DNA from: Trichoplax adhaerens
Lineage: Eukaryota; Animalia; Placozoa
DNA: 64,000 bases
NCBI RefSeq assembly: GCF_000150275.1
Contig: NW_002060971.1
Span: forward strand, 103,212-167,211
Direction of reading: 5' to 3'
The position numbers and the translations under genes are program-made. Every line of letters starts with the position of its first letter. The first letter of the stretch is position 1. The notes beneath the pieces were generated by a model, which did no database searches, had not been told where the DNA came from, and was given only the letters and a program-made list of their open reading frames with translations. This document shows, piece by piece, positions 1 to 11,521 of this stretch.

Positions 1-3000
1 CTTAACCAGCGATTGACGTTTGATCCTTTCAAAGCGTTGTTAATTTTCAAGTAAGTGATACGAAATTTTGAACAGGTAAACATTGGTACTTCGAAATCGA
101 TACTATAACATAAAAAAGAATAGCTTTTAAACTCTTGAATTTTCAATAAATAATGAAAGCGCAACTCTCAATTGACCTGAGGGGATTAATTTCTTTACGT
201 GATGATTTAGACCATTCATCAGAATTTAATTTAAGAAAAATTGCGGTATGAGATCCGCCATAAATTCTATTGATTTTCCAGATACAAATTTTACTAGTCG
301 ATACATATTCCAAATTTTGACCAGGTCGAGATGTTGGCAATGATACACTAGATAAGCACGAGTTAATTTTTTAGTATTTCAGTGATAAATATAAAAACAT
401 TGATGTAATAATGTTTTACCGACAGATTTAGAATAATGTGACAAAACAAAAACCTTGTCGTCGCCTTAGGTACAGGCATTCGGACTATAACGTTCATAGC
501 ATAACTAAAAGAGTTCGATAAATAACGTTAACTTAACTATCACATAAATAAAACTGCGTATCATTGTCATGCTGATTACTATGTTGACGGTATTTCGCAG
601 CTGAGCTTCAATGAAATTTCAAACGTTCTGTATAATAGTAAAAGTTTCTATGTTAGGTTTTATTGTGCTACTCAACTGTAAATAAAAAGAAGTAATTTTG
701 CAACGTTATATGGGAACAGTATTATTATTACAAACTTTCCACTAGCGGATTGTTCAATGAAAGGAAATAAACGTAGAGGACAGCAATTGCTATCAATACC
801 AGAAATTCGATAATTCATGACGGTTGCCTAAGTAAATTAAGAGGGTATCAAAATTTCGAAATAATTCATAATTACTAGATAGCAGGTCTTGAAATAATAT
901 GCTAAAAATTTGGATGGAGGTAGATAAAATTTTGATGACTTTTTAGCTACAATTAAAAGTCAACTTCAATATATTTTCTTAAGAAATAAATACGATAGGG
1001 CTGCTATAAGTTACCTCGCCTTCCGGTAGTCTCATACTAATGACGCGTTCTTTCTCGAATCGATCCAATTCTACGGATTCGTGAAAGTTACAATCATTTA
1101 AACATATGCCATGATCATATCCTAAATTAGAAGATTAACAGATAAGTATTGTGCAATTGAAGAAATTGGTTCTTTCAGCTGGTACTAATGATTTACAGTT
1201 GTTAAGAAATGTCAGTAAAAATAGGCAGTATCAATTATTACACTGCTATTACAAAAATTACCTAATCGATCGATAGAATTAATAACCAGATCATCAGGTA
1301 ATCCTAAGTTAATTTCTACGAACAAATAGCCATTAATAGTGTTATTACAGATACCAATAAACCAGTTTCAATCAGTTTAAGTATAAAAATTTTCAAAAAA
1401 CACTTGCAAAACTGCTAGTACAAGACTACAAGGCAAAGTTGAGAATTGTATAAACAATAATAACATTCAGACCTGGAGAATCTTGGACATAATTTTTAAT
1501 TTCAATGCAGCCATTAATTTCTGAGTTAATGATGCTACCCTGGTGATCATAGCATCCATATTGGAGCATTAGAGAGACATTACTTGATTATGTTGAAAAA
1601 GCTACTATAAAGCAGGCAATAATTTAACAATTTTGCTATAAAGTCATTACGTTGGCACCAAAGACAACGTTTAATTTTTCTCGCAGATCTACGTACACTT
1701 CTTTGCTACCTTCAGGCTGAAAATATCATATGATAGGTAATGTTATCATAAAATGCGGAAACAATCGCTTATTCAATTCTGTATTGAATTTAGAATTACA
1801 AGATTGGAGTACGCGTATACCATTTATTTCTAGATTACATATAGATATAAAACGAATGCTTTACATTTCCGCGAGTAATTGAAATTGGTTTGGATTTAAC
1901 TTGGCTTGGAGCAGTTTTAGAAGTTGATTTAATACTTGCAGGGCCTAACTATAGCACCATATATAAAAATTGCCAATTTGGGCTATTAGCATGGACAAAT
2001 TAGACATTTTTATTGTATACTTACTTGTAGGTAAATCTACTGTACTTGAGTGAAAGTTAGAATTTAAAAATGGTATTTACTATTGTGTTTCTTAATGATA
2101 GTTCATATCCTGGTACTTGTTTAACCATTTCAACATCAGAATAAATACACGGCTTTAGCGCATCAATTGAAGTAGTTTGTACGTAGCCAAAGTCCTAATG
2201 TATGCATAGGATATAATTATCAATATCAACTCGTATACATTTCGGTGTATCTAATATGTTATCATTATACTCGACTGTCAGTGGCCATAGGCGATAGGCA
2301 ATACATGACAAAAATATATCCATTTGCTACTAATGAGTAGAGAAGTATAAACATACGCAGATTTCCAAGATGATTTCATTGATGAAAACAAAATTGGCCC
2401 GTATAACTTCTTCTGATAGTTCACCGCAACAATCTTTGATTACGGTAGCAATCCTAGAAAAGAATTGAAATTTTGGATGGGATTATTGTTGTAAGATTGT
2501 TTAATATAGCATAAAGGAACATTGAAGGTAGTTTATCAACATTGTTATAATCGCTACGGCGTAGGCCACTATCCAATGACAATCAGTAAAAATGGATGTC
2601 ATTTAAGTCAGATTAAGAATATACAGCATCTATTGCATGCCAGTGGAAAGATACGTTAATTAACTATTGATCGACACTTGGCTAATAAGGTCTTGCAGTA
2701 GTCAAGGTATCGTATGAGGACTAGTATCAATCTCTTATTCTAGAGTAGAATACAGTAAGTCATATCGGTATTGACAAGTTGTAGAATGGAATACTTTATA
2801 AATCAAAACAAACCTCTGGAGTAATTCTATGGTGAACGCTGGGGCGAAATCGGATGACGATGTGCATCCAAAATATAAACCATTCTGAGCAATGAAGGCA
2901 TATTGAGTCTCGCCAACGGTCTAAATAATATAGACGCGTATTATACACATATTGAAGAGAAAGATATTACAACGAAATAGATCGATATCTTCATGTTGAC

Positions 3001-3740
3001 GTTGTATTCGATCACGCCAAAGACTATCCTGATCAAAGGACAATTTATAATACTATCATGGACTTACAAGGAAAGGCGCTAACTGATCTCTGTTCCTGCT
3101 TTGGACTATTTTAGCACAAAATTGATCCATGGCTTGTCTGCCTATTTTATTACGAACTGCATTGATACGCAGTTAAGAAACATTGGTGTTGCAGTGAAGG
3201 CTTTTTTTCAACGCAATGTTGTATACAGGTCACTATTACAGTCTATCCTACTGTCTCATTCTACCTTGCACAGTTTAAGTACAATCCATTATCCATACTT
3301 GATCGATTTAACTTGATTACAAGCACAAATGGTGTTGTTGATCAAGCTAGGCCTATTGCATGCTACTCTACGATCTATCATGTTGTCGGTTGTATCGTAC
3401 AGCAGGACTATAGCATGTCCTGCAGCACAGCTTGCGTTCAAATTGATTGGTTCAACATGAATCATTCAAACTTGACTTGACAAGGACTGCAGTCAAGTTG
3501 TTCACTCCGCTATACCATTATCCTATTAGCAAACTGGCATGCAATCATTTAATCCTAAATCTACTGCACTGGTAATGCATGGATGGTAGTTGGAGCGCAG
3601 TCGACGCCAGCACGCCTACTGTCAACAAGACGAACAAGAAAGACTGTACTGTCAAGTGTTGGAGCAAGGATACAATCATGGAATATCAATGGATCTCCTA
3701 GAATAGACGCGATAAAAAACTGAGAAATCGGTGGTGACAT
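1..3740 (-). CDS. AP4M1: AP-4 complex subunit mu (adaptor medium chain), multi-exon, 3' end truncated by the window edge
   Basis: Manual exon translation. Exon 1 (3740-3674) gives MSPPISQFFIASILGDPLIFHD. Exon 2 (3156-3068) gives FRNKIGRQ...; exon 3 (2920-2814) gives TVGETQYAFIAQNGLYFGCTSSSDFAPAFTIELLQR. Later exons give IATVIKDCCGELSEEVIRANFVFINEIILEIC, DFGYVQTTSIDALK, EVYVDLREKLNVVFGAN, and C-terminal IDFEVPMFTCSKFRITYLKI...NRWLR at positions 1-103. These match mu4-type motifs (ISQFFI..GDPLI, DYGYVQTTS, FE.P..TCS). Confidence 0.9.
3157..3673 (-). other. U12-type (minor spliceosome) GT-AG intron 1 of AP4M1
   Basis: Donor GTATCCTT at 3673-3666; branch sequence TTTCTTAAC at 3180-3172, about 16 nt before the AG; no polypyrimidine tract; splicing restores D-F-R in frame. 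Confidence 0.85.
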
Positions 3741-5494
3741 TGCCAGTGTTGAAGTGGATTGCAGATAAGTGTGGAGGAGAGGAAGAAATGAATGATTTCT
3801 AGCCCAATTGGTGGATGGCATGCAGAGGAATTTCTCTTCGACCATAGCCAAATCTCGATGGAGTTGAAGGTTGAAACCTTTTGAATCAGTAGACTACAGT
3901 GTACAGTACACAGATTACAGTACTTTTACTGTACACTGTACTGTACTGGACTGGAGCTGGGAACGGTTCGGTTCGATACCTTTAAGATCTATACAGTATA
4001 ACAGTACTGTACTGCGTTGGAAAAGAGACGAGCCAAATTGGCGATTGAATTTCAATCGCCAATTTGGGCTGAGTACTGGGTCAAAATATCCAATTAAGAA
4101 AGCACTGTCAACGACTGTTGATGGCCGAAATGTGCAGGCTGTATCTTGGCTGCAAGAATGCAACCTTGACGCCGTCAGTGGCAGATTGCCAGTCCAAGTA
4201 TACGCCTGTAGATGGACAGTAAAATCTTTTTTGGCCCATGCGTAGAAGCTTAGCGATTTTGTGTACCTGCACATACAGTACTTCGTAGTACAGTACTTGC
4301 ATACAGTGTACAGTACATAAAATCGCGATTGTACAGAGTACAAACTACTGTACTGGATTGTACAGTAGTGTCCTGCTCAGTGCTGCTTGCAGTACAGTAT
4401 AGTACGTGAGAGTCGTGAGACTATGTGAGACAGTATAGCTCTGAGCGTGTTTGATCCGTCTTTCTGTCTTTCCGCTGTGAACTTATGGGATTTCGGGAAA
4501 AAAGGAAAAGTCCGCCACAGGATCAGGGACTACTGTACTAAAAAGAAAAAGAAAGAGAAGGAAAATGAAATGGTCGTTCACTATAGTCAATCCAAAATGC
4601 GGGGCCAATTATTTTATTGGCCATTTGAATTGAAACATCTATCTGAAGCGATAGCTGCCTACGATTCTCATCCAAATGAGCAACTTGAAGCTGTGGTTGG
4701 TTTGGAGCAGTGTAGTATCCGGTTTTAGTGATAGCGTCTACCAGAATGACCATAAAAAGGATAGCCCATTGCTCGCCCCTCTCTAATACGGCCACCAATA
4801 CAGTACTATACAGTGTACAGTGTACAGTAGTATCATTTTTGGACCGGCTGTTTACTGTAGTCTACAGTACAATAGCGTCACGGATGGCAGGGACTTGTTG
4901 ATGCCATGGTGCCTACCGTCCATCCTTCCTTTCCTATCCGTTGCTCTTGTTTCCTTGCCATAACGACTGCAGTTTTTTGAAGAGGGGGAAAGAACAAAAA
5001 GAAACAGACAGACAAGAAAGACGGATGATGGCCCCAAGTGCATTGTGATGTCGCAAAGCAACGCGATGCGTTTTCAGCCAATCCAATCCAAGCTGCTACA
5101 ATTGGCATTGAGATTGCCCCCCCCCTAAGGGCCAATCGATGAAAGCCACAATATAAAAGACGGCGACGGAGTTGGTAATGTCGACTCGAGCTACAAGAGT
5201 CCAGGAAAAAAGTTGCTCTTTCTTGTTGTAGACGAAGGGATTTGCTATTTCTGCTGCCCTGATTGGGCATTCATTGGTTGGAATTAAGTCTTTCCTTCTT
5301 CGATTTATTGCAATCGATCTTACCAACGATTCGATCCTTGGTTTAGACTGTTGAACATCCAAGCGTTGATCAACAAAGGCCGAAAAAATTAGACAACGAG
5401 TGTCCTACTCCAGACAACCGTCTATTGCTATACATAATCCTATTATCGCCAACTTGCAAGGTTACCTTCCTCATCTTGTCATCGTCGATCGGTC
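3741..5494. promoter_or_regulatory. Divergent (bidirectional) promoter region between AP4M1 and GTF2A1
   Basis: 1.75 kb between two divergent ATGs. Six CCAAT/ATTGG boxes within 5078-5277, a 35-bp palindrome at 4033-4067, and TACAGT motif clusters at about 3890-4012, 4273-4405 and 4800-4870. Confidence 0.6.
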
Positions 5495-8400
5495 ATGGCT
5501 GGAGCAGGCAAGGAATCCACTCCCGTAAGTCGCTTCTAAGCTGAATAAGATAGAGATGAGTAGCTACTGCGATGTTTCTGGACTATTGCATGTTCGTTAT
5601 CCTTCGATGGAGATCGAAAAAAAATAGCGTATGGAGAGCCAGGCTCAGCGGTAGCCGGTGTTGCAACCGCTTGTATGTGACTCAAATCTTAGCCATCTTG
5701 GGCTAACTTTAGCCTCATCCTTTGTCTTGAAAGTAGAGCAAACAACAAAGATGCAAATGCCTAGAACCGATGCACTAGTATTGGCTAATTGCCAACCAGT
5801 TGATAGCACTATGCTTGCTGTTTTATCGTCATTCTTTGCCTTGAGAGCATAGCACACCACTAAAATGCAATTCCTAGTATAGATGCAACATCCATGGCGA
5901 ATAGTCAACCGTTTCATAGCGCCATGTTGGCTAGCTGATCGTCCATTTTTGTCTTGAGAGCATAGCATACAACTAATATAAATCATAGCATGCAATCCCT
6001 AGCAAAGGACGAGATGCAACATCCATAGCGAATAGTCAACTATTTTATAACGTTATATTGCCTTACCTTATCCTGATGCTTTGCTTCCAAAGCATAGCAC
6101 GCAATTAACATGCAATCCATAGTACAGATGCAACATAAATAGCTGTGCACCAAGTGGTTCCACAACATGGCGACAGTCGATCCTGAATCGAGATCAAATA
6201 TGGTAATGGCTGAGAATTAGAAGAATTTAACACAGTCAATCATCAATGAGTCGTCATAGTAGCGTGGAGTGAAACTGTGAAATCAAGTGCATGTTGTTGA
6301 TAAAATCAAGGGGGAATTACAACTGCAGCAATAGGTAGCTTGATCATGCTAGTAGTACAGCATGTCTTACTGACTTCGCAAGAATACACAATCTATAACG
6401 GAAACAAGCTTTGACAACTTTGCTTTTCAATCTATCTTAAGATTCAAAATCCAACTTGCCATGGCTGATCAGGATGATCGTGGTTGTTGTGCATGGAGCT
6501 CTTCTTCATACTCACCTGCTAAACTCCTTCACTTAGCATATCCTTATTTCAATGTACTCGTACACTATTTTCCCACTTTTGGCATAGTCAATAGCACGAT
6601 GGAAGCTTGATAAACGTATAAAGTAAGCTACTTTTGCTACAATTCTGTACTCAATAGTATTGATAGCAGCTGTCATCAATCTTCTACTGTAATTGAACTA
6701 CCATTTCTCATACTCTAGCGCTAAATCATTTACTATACAGCATTGTTAATTATTCTATAAATCATATTGAGAATCCTTTCAGTCGAGATCCAAACGATAC
6801 CAACAATCAGTGGGCAATGCCTAGCAACCAATTTTATCTAGGGTTGTCCAATTTCGGGATTGATCACAACTTATACAGTCGATTTCGCTACTGCTGCTGC
6901 ATTAAGATAGCTCAATCTAAAAAATACTATAGGTTACCGTGCTGGTTATGCGGTAGAAATAACATAGTTTAAAGTGGAACTACGCTGACCTTGTGTTGTA
7001 TTCCTTGTTGGCAAAGGTTGCAATTCAACCTACTTGTTTTGACTTGACTCTCTGTGCCCCCTTCACATAGTTTGAATAATCCCTACTTTGCTTACGTGAT
7101 ATGCATGCAATCCATTTGGATGACAAGATCACTGGGTATTTTTAGTCTAATTCCCTATGTAGGATATAGTCTGTAGGAGACAAGAATACGCTATCCTGAT
7201 ATCGAAAGGGATGAACATGAACTTCATTAGAATATTTTACAATATTGACGGTAGTAAAGTACTAGTTCTCATACGCTAGACTGTATAGAAGAGGGGATTC
7301 TATACAAACAGTAACTGATCTACTGTATTCCAAGAGACGCTTATACGTACATGTAGATATCCACTAATATTTAGCAATCACTGCTATTGTACAGTAGTAT
7401 ATCGAATAAATGTATTTGATATCATAATGCTAGAATGCTGTATTAAAATTAGTATCAATAGGCTATTGAATGATATTTGTGTAGCAGTTTAAATCGTCTT
7501 GACATGATATGACTTCTAGGCTGGTCTCTACCATTACGTTATTAATGATGTTATTAGAAGTATACGCCAATCTTTTCTAAATCGTGGTGTCGATGAACAA
7601 GTTTTACAAGAGTTAAAATCGGTAACTAAAAAATAAAAATAACTACATAAATAGTATTATAAATTGGACAACCGTTGCTGGCCGATTGAATAATCAACTT
7701 TTTTGGTCAATTCATGATCCATTGCATACCTAGTAAGGTTAATAACATCTGACATAATTATACCTTAGCAGTGGGAACTTAAAATTGTTCAATCGAGATC
7801 GGTCAAAGAATTTGTTGCCGAAGATCAACGTACAGCAAGTGCATCAAATGTTATGTACCCACATGGCAATAGGTTTCCTATAGACGCTTTATCTCAGGTA
7901 AAGACTACGTAGGAAATGTCTGCCTCATGCAATGTTCTAGTCGATGGTATAATACTTATTGTTTATTCTTTGATTTTATGCTCTGGCTAACATAATTCTA
8001 CTATTTTAATTAACTTAGGTTAATAATACCAGGCATAGCAAAGGTACTTTTAGTGTATATATATTTACGTCTCAAACCAAGTGCTTATTAAGTAAGTGTC
8101 ATTGATGACTTTCTCCAATCAACATTTTTCTTTGATTAGATAATGCCTCCGAATTTCCGTCTTATTCTGCAAGTACTGGAGCAAAATCGGCTAAAGTAAA
8201 TCTCAACAAGTTATTACTTACCAATTGCAATCAAATTGTAAAATTGAAATGGACTTTCTGACGTAATGTGTATATATTACTATAATTAGAATACCTCCAG
8301 GAGAGTAGTAAATCAAAATGATGGCGCAGACGACGATGATGATGACGATGATGAAGATGATGATGAAGAGGCCGTATCTTCTGATGAAAGCGAAGCAGAG

Positions 8401-8843
8401 TCTGGCCCGGCTTCGGATAAAGCTGCATATGCCGATGACGGAGCTAACAAAGAGGTAGCAGTTATTCATACTACTACAACAATGACCATCTAATAATGCA
8501 ATAGTTCCATTTATTAAACCCTCTGTATTATTGACCTATACGATATATGGCAGCTTGAGGATGATGAGCCATTAAATACAGATGATGACGCTTCGGATGA
8601 AGACGATATTGACTCGTTTGAATGCGATAATGTTATTGTTTGTCAATATGATAAGGTTGGTTGGAGTTCTGAATATTTTACTGTAGTGATTGCTAGAAAT
8701 GTGATACTGACATCATTGAAAATCTATTTTAGGTTACTCGTGCCAGATCGAAATGGAAACTACATTTAAAAGATGGTATCATGAACATAGGTGGAAATGA
8801 CTACGTTTTTAATAAAGCTAGTGGAGATTGTGATTGGGCTTAG
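5495..8843 (+). CDS. GTF2A1: Transcription initiation factor IIA large subunit (alpha/beta precursor), 8 exons, about 240 aa
   Basis: Exon 1 (5495-5524) gives MAGAGKESTP followed by gtaagt. Exon 2 (7520-7621) gives AGLYHYVINDVIRSIRQSFLNRGVDEQVLQELKS, then QWELKIVQSR. A 25-nt exon lies at 8019-8043, followed by an acidic region with QNDGADD and EPLNTDDD...DNVIVCQYDK. The last exon gives VTRARSKWKLHLKDGIMNIGGNDYVFNKASGDCDWA with TAG at 8841-8843. Confidence 0.93.
5715..6143. repeat. Degenerate tandem repeat, about 4 copies of 113-132 bp, in GTF2A1 intron 1
   Basis: The blocks GCATAGCA...ATGCAAT..CTAG...AGATGCAACATCCAT.GCGAATAGTCAAC recur from about 5721, 5835, 5948 and 6080. Confidence 0.65.
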
Positions 8844-11521
8844 CTGAGAAATTGTATAGTAACTTATATCTTCAATTGATTAGATAGAAAAAGAAAAATC
8901 TGATAGTTATCAAGTACTTATTAGTGTATGTCGACTTTGCATGAAATGATAATATTTCTAGTCATTTTTGGATAAAAAAAGCTAACTATTTGATATAATT
9001 GATTATACTTGGTGGTTTCTTGTTATTTATATTGCAAAAAACATTCTATCAATCCAGTAATGTTAACGCTAATCTTTATTAAGCGTATGCCTGCCATGAC
9101 TTACTCGAGTGCCATGATGGCGATACAGTATATACAACAAAATGCTCTACTATATTATTTATTCTTCCTTTAGTGGTGATGTATTTCCATTAAAGGGAAT
9201 AGCTTTTCCTTTTTTTTATCTTTGAATCACAATTAAATTGATCCCTAATCATTTATCTTTCCTGTAATAACTTTTTCTCCCCTGAAGTAGAGTGAAGTGC
9301 AATACTATGTTATCAAGAAACATTTTGTATCAAAGTAAATGCATATCCTTAACAGTATTATAGCAAGAACGAACTAAATCAAAGCGTTTATTGGTTATCC
9401 TGGAGAAATATTGATTCAGTGCTGCAGTTGTCTATCGCTCTTGTCAGCTCTGGTGATACTAGTTTCTACACAGAATTACTGACGTAATACTCATGTTAAC
9501 ATTTTTATCGCTACTGTCTGTAGACTAAATAACTACTAACATAAATAAACGGCAATGCATATATTGCATCTTAATAAAAGAACTTTTTTTCTGTCTACAA
9601 CAGTATTCTTTACATGTACACATATAAGAAGCCGACAAATCAAAAAAATGGCACGAAACTTTGTTATGAACCAAAGTTACTGCCTAAAAGTGTCAGCAGT
9701 TGGCTTTAAGTTAAAGATTTCAATCAATAATAATACAGTACACCTAGCCTAACTCTTAACTGTGTTATCATATATGCCGTGCTGACACGAATGCTGGCAG
9801 AACTATTCAAATAGCTTGTTATGTTATGTAGCGCATCGAAATATAATGTACATGAAAGGTAGCTAGAGTTTTTGACCATCCGAAGTTCTACTCATAATAT
9901 TATCCTATGTAAGTGTTCAAACATATATTAGCACTTGTAGATTTAAAAGAGTGACATTATTACTGTACTAGTTCGTGCATAAGACGTCGATCAGATAATA
10001 ACCTCGGCCAATAAAGTTAGAAAAAGTTAATGCTCTCCATTTCACCCATAGAGGTTATTTTGTTTACCACTATACTTTCACCTTCATGATATGAAGCACT
10101 CATCGTTTGAAGTAGTCCCAAAGACAAGAAACGTATGAATCCAAGTTCCCTAACAATTAAGAGTTATGTGATGGAATCGCTAGAGACATACTACTAACCG
10201 ATAACAAAGGTAACCGCTTAATAGAAGTCAATAATAATAATTTAAAAAAAATTGCTCTAAGCAGTAGATTTGATAGCATCATGCTTCGTGACTATAAAAT
10301 GTCTACACTACTCATAAAACAACTGCACAGTTGTTCAATTCTTCATAGGCATTTATACTTAGGCGTCACAATATATATTATTAGTTTCTTAAACGCGCTA
10401 ATTTAGTATGACAAAAATAAGCTAAAACTAAATATTGAATAATCAATCACTTACATTTACTTAATTTGTTATAAGTCAACATTTTAATAGTCTTCCTACT
10501 GGGTAAAAGAGCTACATATTGTAGTAAGATGGTGTTGGTATAAGATTTTTAAAAATATCTTGTGTCAGTAAAATACAATGCTAGAAATAATTACATGTGC
10601 ATGATGTGCTAAATAATCAAGAGTGATAACGAAGGCATATACATACATATATATATATATGTTATATATATATGTATATTTCTATCGTAAACTAATAATA
10701 AGACAAGAGGTAATAATAAATACAATTTAAAATTGTACTGGTAGAATGTCGTACCCAATATAATTTAGGATTATAAACAAATTGTCGATAAAATGGATGT
10801 ATTATGTCTAAATAAATCTAATTCCTCGTGATTAAAAATAATAAAAACCCTTCTCTACAAATTAGAAAGATTGCTTGCAAATTTTTTATGACATGGTGAA
10901 AAAATTTTAAACGAATTCTAGATTGTAAACAACAGGTGCCATATGTCTGTGAGCACGATAAAATATTACATAGTATGATAGAAATTTGAATGTAAGGCTA
11001 GATCAAGCTTATATAATTAATAAATTTTGGAGGATAAAGCTGGGTTGATAAGCCAGTTACTAAAATGTGGCAAGAATTGGTGATTTAACTAACAAACGAA
11101 TAATAGCTGATTTCATTAAAACTTAACAAATTAAATAATATTTTACCCATCACGTTAATCAGTATATATTTTTAAAAACAATTTCTGGTGATTTTATTTT
11201 TAATTAAATATCCTCGGTGAATGATAAAATATCAGTGCTTCATTACATAAAATAGAGAGGACAAAAGGTATCATGAATTTTTGCCGGTAGATTTTCGATT
11301 AGTTGCAACCTAAATAATAAATTTGCAATGTAGCTACCAATTCTGGCTAGCTAGGTGACTGGTTGATGTACGAGTAAATGTAAACACAGCTTTTTCCTTG
11401 TAAGCCATGCCGTTCACTTCGAAGATGAGAATTGGCTAGCTACCATGGCACACCGTTATTAGGATTGAGTGAAGGGACAAATTGAAGACCATTAGATGGT
11501 AATAATAGTATTCAGAATCCT

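Noticed and set aside
2025-2036. Possible 12-nt microexon (IYLQ) in AP4M1
   Set aside because: It needs either a 44-nt upstream intron or a weak alternative donor; this cannot be resolved without reads.
4495-4610. GGAAAAGTCCGCC...GCGGGGCC resembling RNase MRP/P conserved regions
   Set aside because: P4 pairing is imperfect, the spacing is too short, and the intervening sequence is an A-rich tract.
3871-5362. Several 64-142 aa ORFs between AP4M1 and GTF2A1
   Set aside because: They overlap on both strands, are driven by low-complexity TACAGT words, show no recognisable domain, and lie in a promoter region.
8218-8469. Minus-strand hydrophobic and His-rich ORFs
   Set aside because: These are antisense shadows of the GAT/GAC acidic tract of TFIIA.
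11360-11425. SECIS element after the TGA of the PLCB1-like gene
   Set aside because: There is no 3' GA for the non-Watson-Crick quartet, and PLC-beta is not a selenoprotein family.
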